From a virus (Duplodnaviria; Caudoviricetes): DNA of 29,987 bases. The notes under the pieces are model-generated. The model had not been told where the DNA came from. It did not search any database and saw nothing but the letters and a program-made list of their open reading frames with translations. The translations under genes were made by a program, and so were the position numbers. Positions within the stretch are counted from its first letter, which is position 1, and each line of letters opens with the position of its first letter. The stretch spans positions 1-29,987 of IMG/VR virus record IMGVR_UViG_3300029811_000184; one strand, given 5' to 3'. Positions 1 through 9,962 of the stretch are shown one piece after another.

Positions 1-2244
1 GTTCTGTGCAACTGCTTGATCTACAGCTATGCTTTGGCTTGCTCCGCCTGAATAAGCTGCAATCCATGTCTCACCAGCGGCAAGGGCAACATCAACTCTC
101 ATTTGAACGCCAAGAATTTTAGCACCTGTTGGAATATTAACCTGAATAGTAACCGTAGCATCTGCTGTAATATTCGCTGTGGCTGAAAAAGCTACTCGCC
201 CAACTCCGCCTAAAGCACTGCAAGCAAACTTCTCTACCATTTTAGCTGTGGTTTCGGTTAGTCGTATTGCTTCGATTGCGCCTGCTATAAGGGAGATTTG
301 ATCAGTGCCTGCTACACTTATACCAGTGTCAGAATCCAGTTTACTCGGCCATATACTTGGAGATATAGCAGTACCATCACCATATTTTAATCCCGCATGA
401 GTAGAACCAAATCCTCCAATAGCAACTGATAGAGTTGTCGAAGCCACGTGAATACCATTTACTTTATAGCCAAGAACGTCAGCATCAATTTCAAAAATTC
501 CACTATCCCCAAAAGCAATCCCTTTCTGTAAACTTCCAGTCCCTCCAGCCAGCCCAATCCCACCAAGAGCATTAACATAACCAACAACAGTTCCATCAGC
601 TTTCTTCATCTGCGAGATAGGATCAGTGAGTGAGGTAATAGCAGACGAACCAGCCCATGTTGTAGTTAAATCAACAGTTACGTTTGGTGAAGCTGACAAA
701 GCTACGATAATCCTTGTCTCGGCATTAGCCACTATGGTTGAACCAACCTTACAAAGCGCATGATCTGCTGCTGAGCTGAATGTAACTACTTTTGCAGCAG
801 CTGAAACTGTGCCTACGGTTGTTTCTGCGGCAGGAGCTTGAGAAATATGTCTTTTGACAGCCTGGTTTCCATTGCTATCAAGACTTGCTACTTCATTATT
901 AGCATAATCTCTATAAGAAATCTTATTAGCTCCGGCACTATCTCCCATTCTTCGGACAATATCTTCGCCTGAAGCAGCCGTTGCCTGGATAGGATTTTCA
1001 AATACAGCAATAAGTATTTTGCTATTAGATCCCTCATCTGTAAGAGCTATTCCAATTTTTACACTCCGACCAGAGGTAGGTCTCACATTAGTTAATCCAC
1101 CTGCCGTGTTTGATAGCCAGAGTTGATTGCCGGCTGTCCAGTCTTCAGAATTTGGATTAACGACCGTTCCTTTAGTGCTATCAATTCCCTCCAGAACTCC
1201 ATGAGTTCTAACCCAACCTGTAGTATTCTGCGAAATAGCTTCGGATACAAGCCCCCTAACTCTGACTTTTGCAGAATCATCACAATCTGCAAGGCCTGCA
1301 GTTGGAAATGCAACACCAGTTGCGCCAGATACATAAACTGGTTGCCCTATAATTAGAGCGGACGTATTTTCCTCTTTAACCCGTAAATTAAGGTCGTCTA
1401 TTTCAGAGATTGATGCAATAGTTATAGCTTTCCATGTAGTCCCATCGCAAGTGCATACTCCCATTTGACCATAACCCACAGTCACCAGTGCCCCAGCTGC
1501 ATCATTCTGAATATATAAATCTTCCCCGACTTCACCACCCATATTATAAATAAAGAAAACTAAATCTGTTGCTGTATTTTCTGCTGGAAGGAGAACGTCT
1601 CTATCAGTTCCATCAGGGTCAAGCTTTTGAATAACTTTATCTGTAATTACAAGAGTTTTGTTTGCTGCAAGAGTTTCAACGTTGTGGTCAAGGAATAGAT
1701 TGTCCCCGCCAAAACCACCAGGAAAATCTACTTTGCCATCGTCATCAATAGTCGGGGCTTTGCTTGTATATCCCTGCACATCCCCACCAGTAGAATTAAA
1801 TCTTGCTATTTCATTATCTACAGAAGTAATACGCTTCATCTTTTCTGTGTCGACTTCTGCAATAGCAGTTTGAACATTAACAGCAACTATATCTCCCGTA
1901 GGTGTAAATGTTATATCATCTGCATCAACAGCAGTTATAGCTATCCACGCTGATCCATCCCAAACAAAGCTCTGAGCTTCCCCAGCAGACATAGTTATAC
2001 CACCGACTTCTATAACATTTGCCCCATTACTATCATTAGCAACAACCGTAAATCTCTTCTTTCCAGCAGTTACATTTGTTGGGCTTTGTAACGTCTGGGC
2101 ATTTCCTGCTCCTGTTAGCGTTATTATAATCCCACTATATGAATCTATTATAGTAGTTGAAACAGCCGCATTTAAAGCAGGGTCAGTAATAGTAGCCATT
2201 GGAAGATCACTTTGTACTATTGTTTCTTCCCTTATCATAGTCAT
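1..2244 (-). CDS. Large modular virion structural protein (tail/head fibre-like); 3' end lies outside the window, >748 aa
   Basis: Not in the ORF track. ATG at 2244 follows a GGGGGA RBS and the frame stays open to position 1 (MTMIREETIVQSDLPMATITDPALNAAV...). Rich in G/A/S/T. Two similar modules end FVWDGSAWIAI and TCDGTTWKAI. A 'GQPVYVSGATG...GLVSEAI...GWVRTHG...LWLSNTAGGLT' module is typical of phage fibre/decoration proteins. Confidence 0.75.
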   Translation of the reverse strand, partial: MTMIREETIVQSDLPMATITDPALNAAVSTTIIDSYSGIIITLTGAGNAQTLQSPTNVTAGKKRFTVVANDSNGANVIEVGGITMSAGEAQSFVWDGSAWIAITAVDADDITFTPTGDIVAVNVQTAIAEVDTEKMKRITSVDNEIARFNSTGGDVQGYTSKAPTIDDDGKVDFPGGFGGDNLFLDHNVETLAANKTLVITDKVIQKLDPDGTDRDVLLPAENTATDLVFFIYNMGGEVGEDLYIQNDAAGALVTVGYGQMGVCTCDGTTWKAITIASISEIDDLNLRVKEENTSALIIGQPVYVSGATGVAFPTAGLADCDDSAKVRVRGLVSEAISQNTTGWVRTHGVLEGIDSTKGTVVNPNSEDWTAGNQLWLSNTAGGLTNVRPTSGRSVKIGIALTDEGSNSKILIAVFENPIQATAASGEDIVRRMGDSAGANKISYRDYANNEVASLDSNGNQAVKRHISQAPAAETTVGTVSAAAKVVTFSSAADHALCKVGSTIVANAETRIIVALSASPNVTVDLTTTWAGSSAITSLTDPISQMKKADGTVVGYVNALGGIGLAGGTGSLQKGIAFGDSGIFEIDADVLGYKVNGIHVASTTLSVAIGGFGSTHAGLKYGDGTAISPSIWPSKLDSDTGISVAGTDQISLIAGAIEAIRLTETTAKMVEKFACSALGGVGRVAFSATANITADATVTIQVNIPTGAKILGVQMRVDVALAAGETWIAAYSGGASQSIAVDQAVAQN

Positions 2245-2257
2245 AATAAAATCCCCC

Positions 2258-2605
2258 TTAATCCAATAAAACCACTTCTAATGTTCCGCTTGCACCAGAT
2301 GATTGGGCATAGAATAATCGTTCTTCTTTCTCTTTTGCTATATCAAGAGAGAGGGTTCCTCTGACTGTTTTATATGTTGCCCCATTGGAAAGATGGGAAA
2401 ACTTCCAATTTGAACCATCCCTCATTCCAGCCAGTATACTTTTGCAAGCAAGTTGATTAGTATCTGGTAAAGTTATTGCTGTCCATTTACTTGAAGTAAG
2501 GGCTGAGTTAAGAATATTAACTATACTCTGACCAGCATTAATCACTTCCCCTGCTGTATCTCGTTTAAAAGCCAAATTATTAAGTTTTTTTCCTTTGTCT
2601 CCCAT
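2258..2605 (-). CDS. Hypothetical protein, possibly a small structural protein
   Basis: 115-aa ORF with a clear AAGGAGG RBS, directly upstream of the fibre-like gene; no recognisable motif. Confidence 0.6.
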   Translation of the reverse strand: MGDKGKKLNNLAFKRDTAGEVINAGQSIVNILNSALTSSKWTAITLPDTNQLACKSILAGMRDGSNWKFSHLSNGATYKTVRGTLSLDIAKEKEERLFYAQSSGASGTLEVVLLD

Positions 2606-2617
2606 AGCAATCCTCCT

Positions 2618-3484
2618 TTATTTTCCCCACCATCTTTCTAAAAGATTTTTGTTCTTGGTTTCCCAATATCTTGAAAGAATCTCTAATTCTAATCCGGATA
2701 AATATTTCTTGTCAAAATACTTCTCCTCAACAGGGATTCTCTTTTCCAATTTCCTGATCTTATGTTCTCCTGCCAAATGTCTGAATCCTAATACTTTTCC
2801 CCAAGTTCCACGATCAACACAATTATCATTCTTATCATAGGAATGAGAAAATTGATCATCCGCTGGATTCTCAGGAACTCTTGTTTCCTTAATCCCCATT
2901 CCTTGAATAGCCAATCCCATTCGGTATTCCATATTACCTATATCCTGAAAAGGATAATATGTCTTTTCTTCTAAGTATTTAACAATTTCTATAAAAGCAG
3001 TTTTCTTAACAAGAAAAGACTTTGTTCCGCAATAAGGAACTTGATGCCTTCCCGTAGAGCAGGCTATAAGATCATTGTCGCCCAACATTTTAACTATTTC
3101 AGAAATTCCTTCTGGTCGTTCCAAAACACAATCTGCTCCAATAGTAAAAACATACTCAGCCGGGGAACCTCTTAAAATATCTATCCCATGTTTATAGTTC
3201 CAAAACTGCGGATAAGTAGGCCCCGGAACAACCTTTGTATTATGTTTCATAAAAAATTGATCTATTAACTTAAAGCATTCTGAACTTGGAAATCTATTAT
3301 TACAATCATCAACAGGATTGTCGTAAGTCATTAGTGTCCATCCTATGGATCGAATACTTTTGAGACAAGCCAGCATAAACACTCTCTGATTGGAAGTTCC
3401 TGTAACTATAACATTTATTTTGTTATAGAACGGACTAATCCTATCTTCTACTTCATCTATTCTCTTTTTAACAGTCGGATGCAT
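2618..3484 (-). CDS. Putative GT-A-fold glycosyltransferase
   Basis: Pattern 'KINVIVTG...ACLKSIR...AEYVFTIGADCVL...YCGTKSFLVK...MEY' resembles a GT-A fold with a degenerate DxD; sits inside the glycan cluster. Confidence 0.5.
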   Translation of the reverse strand: MHPTVKKRIDEVEDRISPFYNKINVIVTGTSNQRVFMLACLKSIRSIGWTLMTYDNPVDDCNNRFPSSECFKLIDQFFMKHNTKVVPGPTYPQFWNYKHGIDILRGSPAEYVFTIGADCVLERPEGISEIVKMLGDNDLIACSTGRHQVPYCGTKSFLVKKTAFIEIVKYLEEKTYYPFQDIGNMEYRMGLAIQGMGIKETRVPENPADDQFSHSYDKNDNCVDRGTWGKVLGFRHLAGEHKIRKLEKRIPVEEKYFDKKYLSGLELEILSRYWETKNKNLLERWWGK

Positions 3485-3497
3485 AACTTATCTCTTT

Positions 3498-4112
3498 TTA
3501 TTTACTTTTAATTTTTTGTAATAAGCCAATTCCACATGGTCTTGAGTGAGTTTTTGATATATATTTATTTATTATTTTGTAAGATCCTCTATTATCTAAT
3601 TCTTCAATAATATCTTCAATATGCTTGTATCCTGCGATGTCATGAAAAAATAAATATCCATTATCATTTAAGAAAGGCTTATAATTTTTAATATCCAAAG
3701 TAATTCCATTATAACTATGATCCCCATCAATAAGAATAATATCAAATTTCATTTTTAATTCTTTAACTTGATTAATAATCTCTGAAGTTTGAGAATTACC
3801 TATAAATTCAAAAACATTCCCTTTTATTTCTTCAAGAATTTTTGATCTAAATTTATGTTTCCCATGTTTATTATCATCAATAATAACAATATTCTTTAAA
3901 CCAAAAACATAATTAAATAAATAAACACTTCCTCCACCTGCTGATCCTATTTCCAAAAAATTCTCTATTTTCATTTTTGATTTAATAATATCATTTATAC
4001 AAGGGGCAATTTCATCTGGAACTTGTTGTAAATAAATTCCCCCTTTATATGTGCCTCCAAAGACAGATAAATTATCAGAGCCCATTTTTTCTATTTCAGA
4101 TTTCGTTATCAT
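3498..4112 (-). CDS. Class I SAM-dependent methyltransferase (Methyltransf_24/CmcI-like)
   Basis: Motifs FLEIGSAGGGS, ILIDGDHSY and FFHDI. Confidence 0.85.
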   Translation of the reverse strand: MITKSEIEKMGSDNLSVFGGTYKGGIYLQQVPDEIAPCINDIIKSKMKIENFLEIGSAGGGSVYLFNYVFGLKNIVIIDDNKHGKHKFRSKILEEIKGNVFEFIGNSQTSEIINQVKELKMKFDIILIDGDHSYNGITLDIKNYKPFLNDNGYLFFHDIAGYKHIEDIIEELDNRGSYKIINKYISKTHSRPCGIGLLQKIKSK

Positions 4113-4115
4113 ATT

Positions 4116-4751
4116 CTATTTATCATAATAAATTGGACTAATTTCAAGTCCTTCATATTCGTTAGGTTCTGAGTGTTTATGTTTTTGGCAAATTGATGAA
4201 ATTAAAATATTATTTTTTCTTCCTATCCAGAATTCTGCATTAAATCTATTAATTTTATCTTCTTGACTAAATATTGGTAATTGAGATATATGTTCAGATT
4301 TTGCCCACCAGAAATTTCCCGAAAAATGACTGTTTTTCCCACCACACCAAAAACAACCCACTATATCGACTTTCTCTAATTCTTTAATACAATCATTATG
4401 TTTTTCAATTATAAAATATTCCATAGCTTTACGCCAATTATCAGTCGTTTCATGAAACACACTTTTTGTATGAATATAAAAGTAAAGTTCTTTTTTATTT
4501 TTAGAAAATTTATGCATATATTCTAAAATTGGGAATTCATATTTTTTAATGCCATTATCTCTATAAACTATTTCAAACTTTTTATCATTTATAATAAAAC
4601 TATCTGATCCATTTCCTAATACGGCACAATAAATTTTGGTAGTTTTATCATAAAGTCCTGAACTTTTTAATTTTGATAATTGCTCATCTACAATTGATTT
4701 CCATTGATTAGCCATACAAATATGCATAAACCCATAAATCTTCTTTGTCAT
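4116..4751 (-). CDS. Uncharacterised glycan-related protein (putative glycosyltransferase-like)
   Basis: Motifs YEFP, YFYIHTKS, WRKAMEYF, HFSGNFWWAKS and AEFWIG, which I recognise from a family recurring in viral glycosylation clusters; activity unknown. Confidence 0.5.
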   Translation of the reverse strand: MTKKIYGFMHICMANQWKSIVDEQLSKLKSSGLYDKTTKIYCAVLGNGSDSFIINDKKFEIVYRDNGIKKYEFPILEYMHKFSKNKKELYFYIHTKSVFHETTDNWRKAMEYFIIEKHNDCIKELEKVDIVGCFWCGGKNSHFSGNFWWAKSEHISQLPIFSQEDKINRFNAEFWIGRKNNILISSICQKHKHSEPNEYEGLEISPIYYDK

Positions 4752-4816
4752 TCCAGTTCCTTTTCTATAATTTTAATTTTAGCAAAGGCATATTTTTTAT
4801 TAAATCGTTTTTTCAT
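4748..4816 (-). CDS. 22-aa mini-ORF bridging two genes (possible gene remnant or coupling relay)
   Basis: MKKRFNKKYAFAKIKIIEKELE*; ATGA overlaps with both the upstream stop (4813-4815) and the downstream start (4749-4751). Confidence 0.4.
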   Translation of the reverse strand: MKKRFNKKYAFAKIKIIEKELE

Positions 4817-7632
4817 TCGATAATTTCCTTTATCCAATTTTCTGGATTATAGTTTTCCTTCGCATATACTTTTGTAGTCTCTCCCATCAATCTTCTGTTT
4901 CTACTTGATGTAAGAGCTTTCATAGCATTCATATGTTGTTCAATATTATCACAAAGAAATCCAGTTCCTTGAATAACTCTATCCTTTGCCCCGCTATGAT
5001 TATCTGCAATAACTGGAAGCCCTGAAGCCATTGCCTCCATAATTACTTTAGGGCCTTGATCATGATATCCTTCCGGCAATTTGTACCAGAATACATTTCC
5101 ATAAGATAGAAATTCTTTGACTTCTGGCTGGTTTCGTTTGAATATATGTACTCTACCATTAGATTTAAGAGCATCTGATAGAAATGAAGGAGCAGGCATT
5201 AGAAATATTTCCGCTTCTGGAATTTCTGATAGAATTCTCTCTACAATATCATTGAAATCTTTCGGGTATTTTGTATCCCCCTGACTACTATGTCTAATCA
5301 ATCTTAAACTTCCATCATAATCTATTTTGTTTTCAAAAAATTTAGTTAAATCAGTCGGAGGGGGAAGAACTTTTGTGTTTATCTGCATGCCTCTTTCCAG
5401 TAAAGCAGTTTCCAAGGATGAATTGAGAAAAATATACTTATCCCAACCAACTGTCCATAAAGCTTTCTGAGTTCCTATATCACCCAATCGATAGTTGATC
5501 GCCATCACTTTTCTTTTTGCGTTAATAGAATGAAAAATATTTCTCACTTTTGGCAATTTGAAATCCCAGACCCAGTCGTTTGTATAAAGAAGAAGAAGAT
5601 CGCATTTTTTTTCTACCCCCTCCCAGTTATGAATAAATTCTATTTTTTCATTTCCTTCTTTTCTAAATGTCCCAGATGGATTATCATTAGGAGAAAAATA
5701 CTGAACTCCCCATCCAAGTTTAATAAATCTATTCATAATCCAAGTAGTTGACCTTTCCGCCCCACCTTCGCCTCTCCCATTAAATAAAACCCTAAGAATT
5801 TGCTGATCATCTCGTGTCTGACAAGAGATAGTATCTTCTTTGGTACTTTGTATATGCTCAATTTCAATAGGCTTAAATCGAGTATTAGAAGGTTTAATCC
5901 ATAGATGACATCGGTGTCCTCCTTTTGCTTCCAGAATAAAATCATCTTTCAAATACTTATCCTGCCATTTTCTTTCTGGGACCCTTCCTGCATCATGTAT
6001 TATAACAATCTTGGCAAGTTTGGCTGCTACTTTCGTCGCCTCTTCCCTGTTCTCACCGCCAGCGGGACCATCAACAAATGCCAAATCAAAAGACTTTTCA
6101 AAATTATCCCTAAAAGCAAGACCATCCCATTTTCTAATATCACAATCCTCGTTAATTTCACTTATCTTCTTGATCCAACCAATGTTTGTTTCATAAGTCA
6201 CAGGAGCTCTTGCCATTATCGAATTCAAAAGTAAGGTGGACAGACCCGCCCCAAATTCCAAGACAGTTCCTACCTTGTATTTTTCAATTGTTTCTTGAAT
6301 AAAATCCCAATCCTTGTCTGTTATTGAACTTCCCCCAAATTCAATCCCAAATTCAGATTTTTTGTTTTCTTCCTTCTCTCTTTTAACTTCAATGTTAGTA
6401 GTTTCTACCACATTAACGAGTTTAGATTTTTCAGATATTATGCCCTGGAAAAGTCTTCCTCCATCGTAATATCGTTTAATCTCTCTAACCACATCATCAG
6501 ATGAAAAAATATCTGCGCATCTTGGCACTTCCTGATCAGTATAGATTCTCTTTTGGGGGCATCGCTCTAATTTACAATACCAACAAGCCGTCGGTTCGTC
6601 ATTATTTTTCTTCACAGTACAAGATAAACAACCATCTGAAGCCATATATCTCTGTCCTGGATATCTCGTAAACCAAACCGGCTCCCTCGCTCCGGCTATT
6701 ACCACACAAGGTTTGTTAAAAGCTGCTGCTAAATGCATTTGGAAGGAAACCAATCCAAGACTTCCTTCGCAGTTCAGAAACAAATTAAATAAATCTCTTA
6801 TTCCCGTATCCCTATCCTGAGTTTTACCAATATAATTTATGACATTTTCCCCTTTCAACTCAGGATGTCTATGCCCCAAACTTCCAAGTTGAACAAAAGT
6901 AATATCAGGTAGTTTTTTGATAACTTCTTGCCATTTTTGAAAAGGAAAAGTCTTACATGTCCAATCCCCCTTTTCTCCAGCAGTTATTAACCAGTAAGGT
7001 TGTTTGATAATTGATTCTTTGTTGTACTCTTCCTTTGTCATATAAATGTCTGGTCTAATCGGGCCTTGAGGAATTTCAATATTCAAAATAGCTTCAATCG
7101 ACATTCTATAAGCATTTGCAAAATGTTTATCAGATCTGTTTGATGCATTCGTTCCTTTACTTGGACCTATGTATAATCTAATGGGATTGTCTTCATTTAT
7201 TGCTTGTTCAATTTTTTGTTTAGGGTTTTCTTTTCCATCAATTACCATATTCCATTTCTCTTGGCAAATATTAGGATTATAATCCCAGATATGCATCGCT
7301 GTTGACTCAATTTTTACTTCTGTATCAGGAAATGCTTTTTTGAAATCTCTAATCGCACAAGTCATCATAAGAATATCACCAATCGCCTGCCGATTATGGA
7401 AGATTATTCTTTTCGGCAACTCAATTTTTTCTTTCTTGGAATCAATTTGCAAATCTTCGACAACTACTTGAGCCAACTCTTTCGCAACGTTCTCTTCCGG
7501 GTAAACAGAATGAATGTGGCCATCGGTAAACTTTATTTGTATCATAATATCTTCAATGGAACGCCCCTGAAAATCAGGAATCTTGGCACATAACATTGCT
7601 TCTTTATGCATTATTTCAATTATATCAGGCAA
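4813..7632 (-). CDS. Multidomain GT9 glycosyltransferase - SAM methyltransferase - GT4 glycosyltransferase fusion
   Basis: GT9: HNRQAIGDILMMT...SFQMHLAAAFNKPCVVIAG plus a Cys cluster. MTase: VLEFGAGLST...AFVDGP...IIHDA. GT4: GEGGAERST...DQGPKVIMEAMASGLPVIAD. TTG start with AAAGGAAG RBS. Confidence 0.85.
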   Translation of the reverse strand: MPDIIEIMHKEAMLCAKIPDFQGRSIEDIMIQIKFTDGHIHSVYPEENVAKELAQVVVEDLQIDSKKEKIELPKRIIFHNRQAIGDILMMTCAIRDFKKAFPDTEVKIESTAMHIWDYNPNICQEKWNMVIDGKENPKQKIEQAINEDNPIRLYIGPSKGTNASNRSDKHFANAYRMSIEAILNIEIPQGPIRPDIYMTKEEYNKESIIKQPYWLITAGEKGDWTCKTFPFQKWQEVIKKLPDITFVQLGSLGHRHPELKGENVINYIGKTQDRDTGIRDLFNLFLNCEGSLGLVSFQMHLAAAFNKPCVVIAGAREPVWFTRYPGQRYMASDGCLSCTVKKNNDEPTACWYCKLERCPQKRIYTDQEVPRCADIFSSDDVVREIKRYYDGGRLFQGIISEKSKLVNVVETTNIEVKREKEENKKSEFGIEFGGSSITDKDWDFIQETIEKYKVGTVLEFGAGLSTLLLNSIMARAPVTYETNIGWIKKISEINEDCDIRKWDGLAFRDNFEKSFDLAFVDGPAGGENREEATKVAAKLAKIVIIHDAGRVPERKWQDKYLKDDFILEAKGGHRCHLWIKPSNTRFKPIEIEHIQSTKEDTISCQTRDDQQILRVLFNGRGEGGAERSTTWIMNRFIKLGWGVQYFSPNDNPSGTFRKEGNEKIEFIHNWEGVEKKCDLLLLYTNDWVWDFKLPKVRNIFHSINAKRKVMAINYRLGDIGTQKALWTVGWDKYIFLNSSLETALLERGMQINTKVLPPPTDLTKFFENKIDYDGSLRLIRHSSQGDTKYPKDFNDIVERILSEIPEAEIFLMPAPSFLSDALKSNGRVHIFKRNQPEVKEFLSYGNVFWYKLPEGYHDQGPKVIMEAMASGLPVIADNHSGAKDRVIQGTGFLCDNIEQHMNAMKALTSSRNRRLMGETTKVYAKENYNPENWIKEIIE

Positions 7633-7649
7633 TTTTACTTCCTTTCATT

Positions 7650-7802
7650 TTAGAAGTTTTCTTTAAACAATTCCAAAGATTTATTTTCATGCTCTTCCAC
7701 TAATTCCAATATCTCTCGATTAGATTTATAAACCAAATCCTTATCTAATAATTTTGATATTCTTTGTTTCTCTTTTCTTGTTATTTTCTTTTTTTGCTTC
7801 AT
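7650..7802 (-). CDS. Small hypothetical protein (50 aa)
   Basis: MKQKKKITRKEKQRISKLLDKDLVYKSNREILELVEEHENKSLELFKENF*; fills the gap between two GT genes and starts 3 nt after the upstream stop. Confidence 0.5.
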   Translation of the reverse strand: MKQKKKITRKEKQRISKLLDKDLVYKSNREILELVEEHENKSLELFKENF

Positions 7803-7805
7803 TGT

Positions 7806-8681
7806 TTACATATTTAAACAATAATCAAACATAGTTTTATATTGTAAAGCTTGTCTTGCCCACGTAAACTCAGATATCATTTTTCTACGCAATCCCAAAC
7901 CTATCGCCCGACGCTGCTCTGCCGGGATTGACCTAAAAAATTCTATCTGTTCTTTCAGATCACTAAGATCATCCTTTAACACTGACACTCCAGCTTTTGC
8001 AAGTTGAGGAACATTTCCTACATTAGTTGCTAACACAGGAACACCCGCTGAACAAGCCTCCAATATAGGATTATTAGAACCTTCAGTAATGGAACAATTC
8101 ACGTATAAGTCTATCCCCCTGTAAAAGTCAGGCATAAGACTATGAACAATATTATTATGAGTCCAATTTCGTTCCAACAAAAAAATATGAAGAGAAGAAC
8201 AAACCTCTCTAAGTGCCCCAATTCTTTTTATTTCTGCTCTATCAGGTCTATCATTCCCCACCCAACCCACTATAAATTTAGAAGATTTCTTTGTGTTGGG
8301 AAAAAACATTTTGGTATCCACTCCATTCGGAATGTAAAAAAACTTCGGATAGCGATGTTCTTGTTTAAGAGTTTGGAACCACTTTAAATTAGGAATAGCA
8401 ACAGCTGTCGCAGGGGCAACAATCTTGAGTATTTGCTCCATGCTCCGCCCAACAACTCCACCAATAGTGGTACAAATACAACCACACTCAGCCCCTCTGT
8501 TTGCTACGGTTTCAAATCCAGATGTATAAACTAAATCAAACTCACTTCCATGTTTTCCCAGATAATCATTGTCATGTTTCTCTATATGAAAATAGGGAGA
8601 CAAGTACTTCATTAAAGCTTGACAACGAAGATCATAGGCCCAACCAGTAGGGGAAACTGAAAATAATATACGCTTTAACAT
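7806..8681 (-). CDS. GT4 family glycosyltransferase (GT-B)
   Basis: Motifs YIPNGVD, IVGWVG and SITEGSNNPILEACSAGVPVLATNVG (EX7E). Confidence 0.9.
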   Translation of the reverse strand: MLKRILFSVSPTGWAYDLRCQALMKYLSPYFHIEKHDNDYLGKHGSEFDLVYTSGFETVANRGAECGCICTTIGGVVGRSMEQILKIVAPATAVAIPNLKWFQTLKQEHRYPKFFYIPNGVDTKMFFPNTKKSSKFIVGWVGNDRPDRAEIKRIGALREVCSSLHIFLLERNWTHNNIVHSLMPDFYRGIDLYVNCSITEGSNNPILEACSAGVPVLATNVGNVPQLAKAGVSVLKDDLSDLKEQIEFFRSIPAEQRRAIGLGLRRKMISEFTWARQALQYKTMFDYCLNM

Positions 8682-9241
8682 ATTTTCTCAATACCTTCTA
8701 ACTTTCTACAAACAGTTAAACCAAAAGAATAAGGAATAGTTATGAATTCAATTGTACTATCCCTTTTTAAATCTTCTAAAATCTTATAGGCATCCCAACA
8801 ATAACTTCGGGTGGTGTATTTCTTAGAAGGGGGATTAGTATCGTGTAAAAATATAAACCCATTTGGTCTAACAAATTTACTAAAAGTAAAGTAATCTCTC
8901 TTTACTTGAGAATACTCATGGTATCCATCAATAAAAAGAATATCTAACTTCTTATCCCATTCTTCCGCCAACTTATCAGAAGTCATAATATAAAAGTTCA
9001 AAGGAACAATCGTCTTTTGTTTAATATTGATACAGGTTTTGTCTACATCACAACAATTATAATCAATATCATCAACCAAAAGTCCATCCTCTAATGCTTG
9101 ACACATAGCTAAAGTTGACACTCCTGCCCTAACACCTATCTCAAGAATTGCCTTTGGTTTTATCCCTCTAACAATACAATAAATCATCATTTCGTGGGCT
9201 GACATATCCCCTGAATCAGAATAATTTAGGATCATTTTCAT
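8675..9241 (-). CDS. Class I SAM-dependent methyltransferase (Methyltransf_24)
   Basis: Motifs ILEIGVRAGVST, ILFIDGYHEY and IFLHDT. Confidence 0.85.
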   Translation of the reverse strand: MKMILNYSDSGDMSAHEMMIYCIVRGIKPKAILEIGVRAGVSTLAMCQALEDGLLVDDIDYNCCDVDKTCINIKQKTIVPLNFYIMTSDKLAEEWDKKLDILFIDGYHEYSQVKRDYFTFSKFVRPNGFIFLHDTNPPSKKYTTRSYCWDAYKILEDLKRDSTIEFITIPYSFGLTVCRKLEGIEKIC

Positions 9242-9959
9242 GCTCCTTGCATAGTTTTCTTATTTTCTCTTCCGTTATATTATGGTTATGAGACTGATAT
9301 TGATGTTCAATATTGCTTCTACTTTGCCTTGCTTTACTCACTAATCTTCGTTGAATAGCTAATTCAGGATCGGCATTTGCCCAATGACTTCCCAGAAAGA
9401 AATCTTTACACAATCTCTGCTCAATCTGAGTTTCAAGAATACGATGACAGCCAACACTCCACTCCACAACAACTTCTGGTTTAATAATCACAGGCTTTAC
9501 CCAATTAGAATTAAAACCAGACAAATTAGGATCCCCATGCTGCCTTTGCATAAATGGGGCATCCCATGAATTCAAATCTGAATCTGTTTTATAGCGATAA
9601 ACCTGCCACATCTTTGCAACCATTACATTACCTGTTTGCTGTCTCAAAAACTCTTTTGGATCTTCCCCTCCCGAAAGAAATATAAATTCATCCGCATCAA
9701 GAACAAAAACCCAATCAAACCCCTTTTTAGTTTTCACCACATCATTTATCTTTTTCTGCTTTAAAATATCATCAAACCCTTCTTTAAACGTAAAAGATTC
9801 AATTTTCACATTAGGATAATTACTACAAATTTCAAAAGTATGATCATTAGTATCTGAATCAAGAAGAATACAAATTTCATCAACATAGTTATACTGCCGT
9901 AAAAAATAATTGGCTAAATACTCCTCATTGTACCACATTGTTACAATAGCTATCTTCAT
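9216..9959 (-). CDS. GT2-like glycosyltransferase (Glyco_tranf_2_4 type)
   Basis: Motifs IVTMWYNEE, DSDTND, WVFVLDADEF (DxD) and a downstream KP...GCH. Confidence 0.85.
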   Translation of the reverse strand: MKIAIVTMWYNEEYLANYFLRQYNYVDEICILLDSDTNDHTFEICSNYPNVKIESFTFKEGFDDILKQKKINDVVKTKKGFDWVFVLDADEFIFLSGGEDPKEFLRQQTGNVMVAKMWQVYRYKTDSDLNSWDAPFMQRQHGDPNLSGFNSNWVKPVIIKPEVVVEWSVGCHRILETQIEQRLCKDFFLGSHWANADPELAIQRRLVSKARQSRSNIEHQYQSHNHNITEEKIRKLCKEHENDPKLF

Positions 9960-9962
9960 AAA

